Positions 27,402 through 41,791 of a stretch of 64,000 nt of DNA are shown here, piece by piece (within the stretch, counting starts at the first letter, position 1; each line of letters starts with the position of its first letter). The position numbers and the translations under genes were made by a program. Where the stretch lies: NCBI GenBank assembly GCA_951406725.2, contig OX597837.1, forward strand, positions 27,528,001 to 27,592,000, read 5' to 3'. The notes beneath the pieces were generated by a model. The model was not told the DNA's origin. It saw only the letters and a list, made by a program, of their open reading frames with translations, and did no database searches. The DNA is from Octopus vulgaris (Eukaryota).

Positions 27402-27951
27402 CTTCTTCTTCTTCTTCTTCTTCTTCTTCTTCTTCTTCTTCTTCTTCTTCTTCTTCTTCTTCCAATCAGGACTCACGCCATTAGCCACAAAGAATAATCT
27501 CTAGCATTAAGGCGACGAAGAAATCACAGACTGTTTTAGAGAGATTGGGAAACCGTATGATATTACTGGTACTGGACAATAATGTTCAGTACCTACCACC
27601 ATTGCATTTAACACCGAACTGACCCCTAGTTGTTGAGGTTGTTGTTGTTGTTCTTCTTCTTCTTTTCCTTCTTCTTCTTCTTCTTCTTCTTCTTCTTCTT
27701 CTTCTTCTTCTTCTTCTTTTCCGTCTTCTTCTTTTCCTTCTTTTTCTTCTTCTTTTCCTTCTTCTTCTTTTCCTTCTTTTTCTTCTTCTTTTCCTTCTTC
27801 TTTTCCTTTTCCTTCTTCTTTTCCTTCTTCTTCTTCTTCTTCTTCTTCTTCTTCTTCTTCTTCTTCTTCTTCTTCTTCTTCTTCTTCTTCTTCTTCTTCT
27901 TCTTCTTCTTCCAATCAGGGCTCATGCCATTATCCGCAAAGAATAATCTCT
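27360..27951. repeat. Two (GTT)n(CTT)n tracts each followed by the same ~40-bp sequence
   Basis: CCAATCAGG.CTCA.GCCATTA.C..CAAAGAATAATCTCT at 27462 and 27911. Confidence 0.85.
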
Positions 27952-27979
27952 TATTCGAGCCTACTCTAAGCTACTAAGA

Positions 27980-28770
27980 ATGCGTGTGGCAACTTGAAGA
28001 TCCACCCACCACACGCGATAGACTTGTGGTTGCACGGGCGCGAAAGCTACGTTGTTATCTCCTTTGTCGACCTCACCAAAGCATTCGGTACTGTAAGCAG
28101 AAAAGGGTTTATAGCAAATCTTGGAGCGTCTTGCGTACTCTCCCCCTCTCCACTTGGCCCAAATTCCTCAATATGATAATCCAGGTTTATGAAAACAAAC
28201 AAGGTCAGGTCAGATACAGCAGCCCTGTTTCCGAGCCTTTCCCTATTATCAACAGTATGGATCAAGGCTGCGTCCTCGCACTGGCTCTTTCTGCCTTGTC
28301 TTTTAGTATGAGGCCCCAGCAGGTCACTGAAGGCCCTGATGATGAAATAAGATTCCGAACTCGTTCACTTAAGATGTACCATTTTGCCTGATATTGAAAC
28401 TGACAGAGAAGTTGATAAAAGACTGACCAAGGCATACTGTGCATTCGACATACTGTTTAAAAGTGTCCGAAATAATAACCATCTGAAGAATGAGATCAAG
28501 ATCAGTGTATACAGAGCTGTCGATCTGACCACCCTCTTGAATGGCTCAGAGTCGTGGGTTATCAATCGGCACCACCTACGACTCCTTGAGCGATTCCTTC
28601 AGCGTTGCCTTCGCATCATTCTCAGCATCCACTGAGGCAAGTTTGTCATTAACATCGAGATCCGAAAGCAAGCGAAGGTCACCAGCATCGAAGCGATTCT
28701 GCTGAAGACGTAGCTACGCTGGGCAGGACACGTTATCAGGGCAGAGGATCATCGACATCTCAAGATCACA
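27980..28770 (+). mobile_element. Decayed RTE-clade (BovB-like) LINE reverse transcriptase
   Basis: FVDLTKAFGTVSR; QGCVLA; REVDKRLTKAYCAF; KISVYRAVDLTTLLNGSESW; RFLQRCLRIILSIH; LRWAGHV; frameshifted. Confidence 0.92.
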
Positions 28771-28919
28771 CCGCAAACTCCTCTGGTCACCGTGATCTCT
28801 TCTTATTTCTTTATTGCCCACAAGGGGCTAAACACAGAGGGGACAAACAAGGACAAACAGACGAACTAAGTCGATTATATCGACCCCAGTGCGTAACTGG
28901 TACTTATTTAATCGACCCC

Positions 28920-28931
28920 ACCACCACCACC

Positions 28932-28977
<46 letters not shown>

Positions 28978-29126
28978 CCACCACCACCACCACCACCACC
29001 ACCACCACCACCACCACCACCACCATCATCATCATCACCACCACCACCACCACCACCACCACCACCATCATCACCACCACCACAACCACCACCACCACCA
29101 CCACCACCACCAACACCACCACCACC

Positions 29127-29159
<33 letters not shown>

Positions 29160-29636
29160 CAGTGTTTTAAATCCGGAATTTTGTCCCCGTTAACAGAGGT
29201 GGCCGGATCTACCCAAATGCCTAATTTTCAAGATGTCGTCGTCTTATGTTTCTCGGGCACAGTGTATCCAGACCTTATTAGTTCCAATGCACCCTTCCTT
29301 TCTAAAGATGGTTGCCTGAAATTCGGCTGTTATTTCGAGCAAGTCGAAAGACTACGTAGGGACCCCGCTTTTGTTGATTTGTGCAATCGCTGGTTGCATG
29401 GGGTGAAACACTGGGGACATTGCGTGTCGTGTGATATAGAGGGCGCTGTGTGGCTCGTAGGGTGGTAGTGACGTCATGTTGTGTGAGTGTATTGGAGTAG
29501 AAGTGGTCATATGCGGATTGTCCTTTGGTACTAAAGACAATAAGGATGTGTTGAGGGTTGAAGTAGCGGTGAGGAGGACATTCCTATTGTAGTGTAGCAG
29601 TGGGGAGAGGAGAGAGAGATAAAGAGAGAGAGAGCG

Positions 29637-29707
<71 letters not shown>

Positions 29708-29855
29708 CGAGGTCATGTAGGGGTTGTGAGCAGCAATATGACATTCAGGATATATTGTGGCCGAGTGTAGTGTAGCAGTAAGGACGTTGAATTATGCATT
29801 GTGTGATACCAAGAGATAAGTGTGATGACGATAATGATGACGACGACGACGGTGG

Positions 29856-29898
<43 letters not shown>

Positions 29899-30226
29899 GA
29901 TGACGATGACTATGGTGATGATGATGATGATGATGATGACGATGACGATGATGGTGATGATGGTGATGATGATAATGATGATGACGATGATGATGATGAT
30001 GATGATGGTGATGGTGATGATGGTGATGATGATGATAATGATGATCATAATGATGATGACGATGATGATGATGGTGATGGTGATGGTGATGATGGTGATG
30101 ATGATGATAATGATGATGATAATGATGATGACGATGATGATGATGATGATAATGATGACGATGATGATGATGATGATGATGATGATGATAATGATGATGA
30201 TGATGATGACGATGATGATGATGATG

Positions 30227-30264
<38 letters not shown>

Positions 30265-30265
30265 A
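28920..30265. repeat. (CAC/CAT)n tract 28920-29160 and (GAT)n tract 29822-30265
   Basis: Direct inspection. Confidence 0.9.
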
Positions 30266-30443
30266 GTTCGTCCGTCAAATTCGATGACTAACAATTGCCA
30301 ATAAGTAAATAGATATAAAACGAAACAGGATGTTGTCAAGCTCGTCTATTGGCGATCAATGAAAGCAATGGCTTCAAAACATACCACAACTGGATGCATC
30401 CATACCGATGATACACACACACACTCACACACACATTTATACA

Positions 30444-30477
<34 letters not shown>

Positions 30478-30494
30478 CTCATATGTGTGTGTGT

Positions 30495-31090
30495 TTGTGT
30501 GGCTGTGTGGTACGAAGCTAGCTTCCCAACCACATAGTTCTAGGTTCAGTCCCACTGCGTGGCGCTTTGGGCAAGTGTCTTCAACAATAGCCTCCAGCCG
30601 ACCAAAGCCTTGTGAGTGGATTTGGTAGACGGAAACTGAAAGAAGCCCATCGTATATATGTATATATATATATGTGTGTGTGTGTATATATGTAAATCTT
30701 TGTGTGTCTGTGTTTGTCCCTCTCCACCACCATCGCTTGACAACCGAGGCTGCTGTGGGTACGTCCCCGCATCATAGCGGTTCGGCAAAAGCGACCAACA
30801 GAATAAGTATTATGCTTACAAAAAATAAGTCATAGGAACGATTTGTTCGACTAAAGGCGGTGCTCCAGCATGGCTGCAGTCAAATGACTGAAACAAATAA
30901 AAGAAAATATACATATAAGCGCAGGCGTGGATATGTGGTAAGTAGCTTGCTTCCCAACCATATAGTTCCGGGTTCAGTCTCAGTGCATGGCACCTCGGGC
31001 GAGTGCCATCTACTATAGCCTTCGGCCGACCAAAGCCTTGTAAGTGCATTTGGTAGACGGAAACTGAAAGATGCCCGTCGTATATGTATG

Positions 31091-31167
<77 letters not shown>

Positions 31168-31395
31168 GTGTGTGTGTGTGTGTTTGTGTCTGTGTTTGTC
31201 CCTCCTCATCACCGTTTGACAATCGGTGTTGTTATGTCTACATCCCTGTAACTTAGCGGTTCGGCAAAACAGAATAATCAAATAAGTACTAGGTTTAAAA
31301 AAAAATAAATCCTTGGGTCGATTTTTTCGACTAAGACAGTTCAAGGCGGTGCTCCAGCATGGCCACAGTCAAATTACTGAAACAAGTAACAGAAA
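30495..31395 (+). mobile_element. Two adjacent SINE family A copies
   Basis: 30495-30905 and 30915-31395 both match family A. Confidence 0.88.
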
Positions 31396-31421
31396 AAATG
31401 GAATGGAATATATATATATAT

Positions 31422-31696
31422 AGTTTTCCACCACATTTCTTAAAATTCGTGGTAGAGGCCTTGATTTCAGGCCACTCATGTCTAGAAATTGAAGTTGGGG
31501 GTAAGCAAGGGCATGCTCCCTGTAGAAAATCCAGCTCCAAAAAAGCCTTATGAGAGCAAAGGAAAATGGGCACCAGCCAGCCCAAAGGTTGGTGTGGGCT
31601 GCACCTGCCTACCTCGGTTGGTATGGCACTGAGGTAGATCTGGCCACCTCTGTTAACGGGGACAAAACATGGATTTAAAACACTTGATGATGATGC
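31422..31696 (+). mobile_element. Retroposon 3' fragment with (GAT)n tail
   Basis: Homologous inverted copies at 34100-34382 and a short one at 29140-29215. Confidence 0.7.
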
Positions 31697-31756
31697 TATA
31701 TATATATATATAAATATAAATATATATATATATTTATATATATAAGATAAATAAAT

Positions 31757-32102
<346 letters not shown>

Positions 32103-32122
32103 TATATATATATACTTTATTT

Positions 32123-32175
32123 AACAAAACTGTCCGACGAACGGGAACGTGAAACTCCGAGTAACAGGTTTTGTT
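32123..32175 (+). ncRNA. Type I hammerhead ribozyme, core CCGACGA
   Basis: AACAAAACTGT-CCGACGA-ACG ggaa CGT-GAAA-CTCCGAG-TA-ACAGgTTTTGTT; 11-bp stem I with one bulge, GNRA-capped stem II, GUA triplet. Confidence 0.85.
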
Positions 32176-32319
32176 GAGTTTCTGCTGCTTTTAAACAAAG
32201 CAAATTACTCTACCCCTGGTGTTTGAGTACTCTTTTTTCCACCTTGTTTCACATTTATGTGTTTACTCCGGTATATATATATACATATATATAAAATAAG
32301 AAAGGGATTAAAAAACCCA

Positions 32320-32478
32320 GGAGTGGCTGTGTGGTAAGTAGCTTGTTTACCAACCATATGGTTCCGGGTTCAGTCCCACTGCGTGGCATCTTGGGCAAGT
32401 GTCTTCTACTATAGCCCCGGGCCGACCAAAGCCTTGTGAGTAGATTTGGTAGACGGAAACTGAAAGAAGCCCGTCGTA

Positions 32479-32528
<50 letters not shown>

Positions 32529-32750
32529 TGTGTGTGTTTGTGTGTCTGTGTTTGTCCCCCTAGCATTGCTTGACAGCCGATGCTGGTGTGTTTACGTCCT
32601 CGTCACTTAGCGGTTCGGCAAAAAGAGACCGATAGAATAAGTACTGGGCTTACAAAAGAATAAGTCCCGGGGTCGAGTTGCTCGATTAAAGGCGGTGCTC
32701 CAGCATGGCCGCAGTCAAATGACTGAAACAATTAAGTGTTAAAAGAGTAT
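32320..32750 (+). mobile_element. SINE family A copy
   Basis: Matches family A. Confidence 0.9.
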
Positions 32751-32975
32751 ATATAGGTAACATAAGAAAGGGATTAGAAAACCCAGGCAGATATCAATAA
32801 AGCACTCAGTTTATGTGTGTGTGTGTGTGTGTGTGTGTGCATGTATGTATGTATGTATGTATGTATGTATGTATGTATGTATGTATGTATGTATGTATGT
32901 ATGTATATATGTATGTATGTGTGTGTGTATGTGTGTGTGTATGTATGTATGTATGTATGTATGTATGTATGTATG

Positions 32976-33009
<34 letters not shown>

Positions 33010-33023
33010 TGTATGTATGTATG

Positions 33024-33057
<34 letters not shown>

Positions 33058-33839
33058 TGTATGTATGTATGTATGTATGTATGTATGTATGTATGTATGT
33101 ATGTATGTATGTATGTATGTATGTATGTAGGTATATCTGAAGAGGTTTGTTGTGTAAGGCAAGAACAACGCGAGAAGGTACACAGTAAACTACAAGAGTA
33201 AAAAATAAAAGAAAAACAAACCGAAACAAAAACCGAAAAAAAACCCGAAAAAAACCCCAAAACAAATGAAGTTTTTACCTTGTATTTCTATATTTCGGGA
33301 GTAAAACACCTTCGTCTGGACATTTGGAAAAGTGAGGGATGGAAAAGAGGTTGCTCAGATGAGTGGGAAAGGTAAGAGGTAGAGGGAGGAAGGTGGAGGA
33401 AGGAGGAGGAAGGTGGAGGAAGGTGGAGGAAGGAGGAGGAAGGTGGAGGAAGGAGGAGGAAGGAGGAGGAAGGTGGAGGAGGAGGAGGAGGAGGAGGAGT
33501 AGGAGTGCAACACGTGTTGGTTTGCTTGCTATACTAACCGGACCGCTCCATGTATTTTTCCTTCCTGTTCGTGAATGACCGGTCACAATTTGTTGATAAG
33601 GAAGGGCCTCCAGGATTCCGGGATTGCCCTTGCTGCATGCAGTGGCCCTGATTAATACCTTAAAACCCTGGATCTGGCACTTCTTTAAATGTTTTTTTTC
33701 TTTCTTTTCTTTTTTTTTATCAAAGTGTCTGTGTGCATATGTTCTTTCATTCGAATGTGCAATATCCTAGTGGTGCTCCCTCTGTAGGAAGTCCCAGATT
33801 AACTGTAGACTACATCGTATGCCACACATCACCGCCACA

Positions 33840-33870
<31 letters not shown>

Positions 33871-34662
33871 TCATCACCATCATGATCATGATCATGATCA
33901 TGATCATGATCATCATGATCATCATGATCATGATCATCATCATCATCACCATCATCACCATCATCACCATCATCATTTTCGTCATCATCATCATCAACAT
34001 CATCATCATCAACATCATCATCATCATTATCATTTTCATCATCATCATCATCATCATCAACATCATCATCATCATCATCATCATTATCATTTTCATCCTC
34101 CTCCTCATCATCATCATCCATGGTTTAAACCCATGTTTTGTCCCCGTTAACAGAAGTGGCCGGATCTCCCTCAGTGCCATAGCAACCAAGGTAGGCAGGT
34201 GCAGCCCACACCAACCTTTGGGCTGGCTGGTGCCCATTTTCCTTTGCTATCATAAGGCTTTTTTGGAGCTGGATTTTCTACGGAGAGCATGCCCTTGCTT
34301 ACACCCAACCTCAGTTTCTAGATATGAGTGGTCCCGAGACCAAGGCCTCTACCACGATTTTTAAAAAATGTGGTGGAAAACTAGCTTAGGAAGGCAGGGA
34401 CGCTACTCACTGAGACCCCTTTCGGAGCTCCCCGCCCTATATATATATATATGTATGTATGTATGTATAAAAAATTTTTTTTTATCTAGTTTCACAATTA
34501 TATATATATACTCTCTTTACTCTTTTACTTGTTTCAGTCATGTGACTGTAGCCATGCTGGGATACCACCTTTAGTTGAGCAAATCCACCCCAGGACTTAT
34601 TCTTTGTAAGCCTAGTACTTATTCTATCGGTCTCTTTTGCCGAACTGCTAAGTTATATATAA

Positions 34663-34727
<65 letters not shown>

Positions 34728-34831
34728 AAACGAGACAAGAACGCAAACACACACACTCTCACGCACACATACATATATACACGCATACATGTACACATAC
34801 ATACATAAATACATACATATAGGCCTAAATC

Positions 34832-34879
34832 GAAGTTGAAGATGTAATTCTCACTGAATTATGAAACAGCTGTAACCTC
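34832..34879 (+). ncRNA. Degenerate hammerhead (C3 lost)
   Basis: GAAGT-TGAAGA-T-GTAATTC tcact GAATTAT-GAAA-CAGCTG-TA-ACCTC. Confidence 0.6.
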
Positions 34880-34944
34880 TGAGGAACTATTACAATTCTT
34901 CTTTTCCCTTGCCTTTCTTTATTTGGTTTATGTGTGTATGTGTG

Positions 34945-35043
<99 letters not shown>

Positions 35044-35126
35044 GCAGAATTCACAAAAAAAAGACGAAGACAGATGGTGTAGACAACAAATAGATGTATA
35101 AGTATAACGCTCGCGAAATGAAAAAG

Positions 35127-35165
35127 TCCTTAACGTTTCGAGTCTACGCTCTTCCACAGAAAGGA
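35127..35165 (-). ncRNA. Minimal hammerhead-like motif, variant core CUGUGGA
   Basis: Minus strand TCCTTT-CTGTGGA-A-GAGC gtag ACTC-GAAA-CG-TT-AAGGA. Confidence 0.55.
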
Positions 35166-35224
35166 ACACAGAAAGAAACGAGGAGAGAAAATATAGTGAC
35201 TAGTGATCTATCATGGCGTATATA

Positions 35225-35282
<58 letters not shown>

Positions 35283-35969
35283 TATATGTATATGTACATA
35301 TATACATATATACATGTGTGTGCGTGTATACGTATATACATGCGCACCCTCACATACACTCCTCGAATATACACGTTTTGTTATATAAAGTTATTCAGTA
35401 ACTTCGTGACTTCCTGAATATATAATTTCAACATTGCCTCTTTTTTTCATTTTTTTTTTTTTTTTTTTTTTACTTTTCCTATTTCAATAAATCTAATTTC
35501 AATATTGTATTTCGACCAGAGTATATTCCGATGGTTTTCAGGTGTCCCAGTAGGGGACGGCGCGTGAACAACTGAAATCAGAAAGCAAAAGTACGGAAAC
35601 AAAACACTGCTGCTTACCATTTCTGGGCAAGCAGCCACCCCTTTGTTGATGTTGTAATGTTGTAATCAGCAAGAATTAAGCTGGGCGGTGCCTTATATAT
35701 ATACGGACAAATGATGAGATTGCCATAACTGATAGGAACCAACGCAAGGAAAACAGCCATTTTCGTCCCATTTTCCTGTTTATTTATTTACGATTGGGAG
35801 AAAAAAAGTTTTGCGCATGCGCGTGTGTATGTATGTGTGTGTGTGTGTGTGTGTGTTTGTGTGGGTGTGTGTCAATGTTTTCACAAACGCTTCTATATGT
35901 ATGTATATGCCGTTATGTGTTCCAATGTGTACGTACGAGGATGTGCTACCGTCCGTCTGTGCGCACGTG

Positions 35970-37018
35970 TATGTATGTATGTATGTATGTACGTATGTAT
36001 GTATGTATGTATGTATGTATGTATGTATGTATGTATGTATGTATGTATGTATGTATGTATGTATGTATGTGTGTGTGTGTATGTATGTGTGTATGTATGT
36101 ATGTATGTATGTATGTGTGTGTATGTATGTATGTATGTATGTATGTATGTATGTATGTATGTATGTATGTATGTATGTATGTATGTATGTATGTATGTAT
36201 GTATGTATGTGTGTGTATGTATGTATGTATGTATGTATGTATGTATGTGTGTGTGTATGTATGTGTGTGTGTGTGTATGTATGTGTGTATGTATGTATGT
36301 ATGTATGTATGCATGCATGCATGTATGTATGTATGTATGTATGTGTGTATGTATGTGTGTGTGTGTATGTATGTGTGTGTATGTATGTATGTATGTATGT
36401 ATGTATTTATGTATGTATGTTTGTATGTATGTATGTATGTATGTATGTATGTATGTATGTATGTATGTATGTATGTATGTATGTATGCATGTATGTATGT
36501 ATGTATGTATGTATGTATGTATGTATGTATGTGTGTATGTATGTATGTATGTATTTATGTATGTGTGTATTTATGTATGTGTGTATGTATGTATGTATGT
36601 ATGTATGTGTGTATGTATGTATGTGTGTATGTATGTATGTGTGTATGTATGTGTGTATGTGTGTATGTATGTGTGTATGTGTGTATATATGTATGTATGT
36701 TTGTATGCATGGATGTATGTATGTATGTATGCATGTATGTATGTATGTATGTATGTATGTATGTATGTATGTATGTATGTATGTGTGTATGTATGTATGT
36801 ATGTATGTATGTGTGTATAAGTGTGTGTGTATGTATGTCATTATGTAGTTATGTATGTTCAAGTATGTATGTGTGTATGTAGAAAGAACCGGTTTCTAAA
36901 CCAGATTCAAGGCTCCTTCATTGGAATTTCAACAACATCAACAGGATGTTTTTGTTTGTATGCAAGTATGTATGCATGTATGTATGTATGTATGTATGTA
37001 TGTGTGTGTGTATGTATG

Positions 37019-37052
<34 letters not shown>

Positions 37053-37738
37053 TGTGTGTGTGTATGTATGCATGCATGTATGTATGTATGTATGTATGTG
37101 TGTGTGTATGTATGTGTGTGTGTGTATGTATGTGTGTATGTATGTATGTATGTATGTATGCATGCATGCATGTATGTATGTATGTATGTGTGTGTGTGTA
37201 TGTATGTGTATGTATGTATGTATGTATGTATGTATGTATGTATGTATGTATGTATTTATGTATGTGTGTATGTATGTATGTATGTATGTATGTATGTGTG
37301 TGTGTATGTATGTATGCATGTATGTGTGTATGTATGTATGTATGTATGCATGTATGTGTGTATGTATGTATGTATTTATGTATGTGTGTATGTATGTATG
37401 TGTGTATGTATGTATGTATGTATGTATGTGTGTATGTATGTGTGTATGTATGTATGTGTGTATGTATGTATGTATGTATGTGTGTATGTGTGTATGTATG
37501 TATGAATGTATGTATGTATGTAGGTATGTATGTTTGTTTGTATATATGTATGTATGTATGTATGTGTGTATGTATGTATGTATGTAGGTATGTATGTTTG
37601 TTTGTATATATGTATGTATGTATATATGTATGTATGTTTGTGTGTATGTATGTATGTGTGTATGTGTGTATGTATGTATGTATGTATGTATGTATGTATG
37701 TATGTATGTATGTATGTATGTATATATGTATGTATGCA

Positions 37739-37769
<31 letters not shown>

Positions 37770-38277
37770 ATATGTATGTATGTATGTATATATGTATGTA
37801 TGTATGTATGTATGTGTGTATGTATGTATATGTGTGTATGTGTGTGTGTATGTATGTCACTATTCAGTTATATTTCAAGGTTTCTTGCCAATAGAACAAG
37901 AACCGGTTTCTAACCTAGATTCAAGACTCCTTCATTGGAATTTCAACATCAACAACAGGATGTTTTTGTTTGTATGCATGTATGTATGCATATGTGTATA
38001 TGTAGGTATGTATGTGTGTATATGTATGTCTGTGTGTGTATATCTATGTATGTATGTATGTGTCTATGTATGTATATATGAATGTGTGTTTATGTATGTT
38101 TGTGAGTGTATATGTATGTGTGTATAAGTATACATGTATGTATATGTGTATGTGTATGTATGTGTGTACATGTGTGTATGTATATGTGTATCTGTATGTA
38201 AGCATGTATGTATGTATGTATGTATGTATGTGCGTATATGTGTGTGTTTACGTATGTATGTAAATATATGTGCCTTC

Positions 38278-38280
<3 letters not shown>
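35970..38280. repeat. ~2.3-kb (TATG)n/(TG)n tract punctuated by two copies of a retroelement 3' tail
   Basis: AAGAACCGGTTTCTAA...TTCATTGGAATTTCAACA..AACAGGATGTTTTTG at ~36885 and ~37898. Confidence 0.92.
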
Positions 38281-38335
<55 letters not shown>

Positions 38336-38427
38336 CAATTCTAATTCTCTAAATGAGATATAGACAGTGACTGCTCCGTAATATAAGGGATATTAGCCAA
38401 CTGAATATGGCTAGGGACAGGGCAGGG

Positions 38428-38559
38428 TGGTGGGGGTGTCACTGTTGCATTTAGCCCCAGGCGAACATCAACGTCACCAGATAGGCCGACGCCATTACGG
38501 CGTCCTCTATCTTGCAAAGGGAGATCATGGGGCTAAATGCAACAGTGACACCCCCACCA
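38428..38559. repeat. Perfect inverted repeat, 32-bp arms
   Basis: TGGTGGGGGTGTCACTGTTGCATTTAGCCCCA and its reverse complement at 38528-38559. Confidence 0.95.
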
Positions 38560-38986
38560 TGTATGCATGTATGTATTTATGTATATATGTGCATGCTGTG
38601 TTTGTGCTGTGTGTGTGTGTTCATGTATATAACAATGTTTGTGCGGTCAACATCACAAATGTCAGTGAATCTCTTAAAGAGTACACGTGTGTATGTGTAT
38701 GTATGCGTATGTATGTGTGTGTGTTTATGCGTGTGTATGTGTGCATGTGTCTGTGTATGAGTGTATATATGTACTTCTGTGTTATTCAGCTATGAAAATA
38801 AATTCAACTTCTTTCATATTTCTCCTACTCCACCTCCTCCTCCCTTTAAACCACTTCTCTTCCTCTTCCCCTATATGTGTCACACCCTTCTTAGGTTTTT
38901 GCTCTCTGTCACACAAATTTAAGCGTCACCTTTCTGCGGCACCTTCACTCTTAATGTCTGACAACATCGCGCGTGCGCTTGCATGT

Positions 38987-39035
<49 letters not shown>

Positions 39036-39444
39036 TACACAGGCCATCGCACACGCACACATACACACTCGCAATCATACATATGCGTATGTATGTTTCA
39101 ATGTATGTATGTATACCTACACACATACATGTATGTGTACGCACATACATACACAGAAACATATGTATATATATGTATGTATGTGTGTGTGTGTATATGT
39201 TTGTGTGTCTGTGTTTGTCCCCCTAGCATTGCTTGACAACCGATGCTGGTGTGTTTACGTCCCCGTCACTTAGCGGTTCGGCAAAAGAGACCGATAGAAT
39301 AAGTACTGGGCTCACAAAGAATAAGTCCCGGGGTCGATTTGCTCGACTAAAAGCGGTGCTCCAGCATGGCCGCAGTCAAATGACTGAAACAAGTAAAAGA
39401 GTAAAGAGTAAAGAGAGTGTATACACACACACACACACACACAC

Positions 39445-39493
<49 letters not shown>

Positions 39494-39517
39494 CTGATGC
39501 ATTAACAGTGATTTCAG

Positions 39518-39555
<38 letters not shown>

Positions 39556-39802
39556 TTGATCCATCCCCGCCGGTCAAAAAAAAAAAAAAAACTAAAAAAA
39601 ACAGTACAAAAGAACCTAAAAATACTGATTGGTGTGGTACCTAAGAGTATCGTAACCTTTGATAAAATATAACTCGAATTGACAAACTTAGAAAACTGTG
39701 CTCCGTTTAGGCCGCGTTTGAATGGCGACAGTAAGCAATAAAATATAATAACAGAGAAAAAAAAAAAAGAATACACGCATATATACACATATCTGCATAC
39801 AC

Positions 39803-39850
<48 letters not shown>

Positions 39851-39994
39851 AGACGCACACATTCACGTACATACATATGCACAGAACAAAATATATCACA
39901 TATACATTGACACGCGCATGCATACGTGCACACATAATACATATACACACTTACACACACACATATACATACATACATACCTACACACACACAT

Positions 39995-40031
<37 letters not shown>

Positions 40032-40048
40032 CATACCTACATATATAC

Positions 40049-40082
<34 letters not shown>

Positions 40083-40110
40083 GTATACATACATACACAC
40101 ACACGCACAT

Positions 40111-40174
<64 letters not shown>

Positions 40175-40207
40175 AAATATATATATATACACACACACAT
40201 ATATATG

Positions 40208-40259
<52 letters not shown>

Positions 40260-40370
40260 TATATACATATACATATATACACATATATATATACATATAT
40301 ATATATACATATACATATATACATATATATACATATATATACATATATACATATGTATATACATATATAC

Positions 40371-40401
<31 letters not shown>

Positions 40402-40759
40402 CATATATACATACATATATATACATATATACATATATATATACATATATACATATATATACATATATTCATATATATGTATATACATATATATACATAT
40501 ATATATATATACAAACATATATATATACATATACACATACACGTTTTCCCAAACAATTACATGAGGAGACGATGCTAACCGTTCAGCGTATAATAATTGA
40601 AATCTAATTGTATTTTGTTTTGTTCACAAGGAAAGAGCACTTATCTGATCATTATCAGAAGTTCGTGTCATTATAGAGTCGCCCAGTTGCAGGAATACGT
40701 CTCTTTGGAACAATGAACCTAATTATTATATATTTAAATAACGTATATTGTGTGCTGAA

Positions 40760-41075
40760 GTGAAGGTGCATAGCTCAGTGGTTACAGCGTCGGGCTCACA
40801 ATCATGAGGTAGTGAGGTTCGATTCGCGGACCGAGCTGCATGTTGTTGTTGTTCTTGAACAAGACACTTTATTTAAATGTTGCTCCAGTTCACCCAGCTG
40901 TAGAAATTAGTTGCGACGTCACAGGTGCCAAGTTGTATTGGCCCCTTTGCCTTTCCCTTGGATAACATCAGTTGCATGGAGAAGGGAGGCCGGTATGCAT
41001 GGGCGACTGCTGGTCTTCCATAAACAACCTTACGCAGACTTGTGCCTGGGAGGGTAACTTTCTAGGTGCAATCAG
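40760..41075 (+). mobile_element. tRNA-headed SINE family D
   Basis: Homologous to 59719-60049; A box TAGCTCAGTGG, B box GGTTCGATTC. Confidence 0.85.
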
Positions 41076-41483
41076 CCGTTGTTTTTCCCTTGGATAACAT
41101 GCAGAAGGGACGTAAAAAAGTAGGGTTGCTGGTACGCGTAGGATTCGAAAACATAGAAATGTGGGTTCGAGTCCCACACGTACGGACAACCCTACTTTTA
41201 TCCTCCGGGGGCTTACATGGCACAATATTGGACCATTTAACTTAATCAATGCACGGTGATCGTTTATAAGATTTAAGCTTATAAAATATTATTTACAGAT
41301 TTGTAAAATCGACACCACTTACCAAAAATCATCGTGGATATATGTGTATATATATATATATATATACACAAATCATTATCTGTATGCCATAATTAACGTA
41401 TGTGTGTGGTTTAAATGACAGAAGCTGTTGTGGCAGTCTCGTGAAAGAAGCCTTTACAGACGTGTTACATATCTGTGTGTGTG

Positions 41484-41555
<72 letters not shown>

Positions 41556-41577
41556 CATACATATCTGTGTGTGTATG

Positions 41578-41649
<72 letters not shown>

Positions 41650-41791
41650 CATATATGTATACAGTGTGTTAGAAAACACAAAATACATCAAAACTAGACG
41701 AAACGAAATCGCTCTCTTATTCTCGCTGTCACTTCAGGGATGATTTCATTTCATCTAACTCTGAAGTCTATATATATATATATATATATAT

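Noticed and set aside
27507-27977. Poly-Glu/Lys/Phe ORFs
   Set aside because: (CTT)n microsatellite
35520-35790. Unique sequence after a poly-T tract, possible exon
   Set aside because: No sustained ORF or clear donor site
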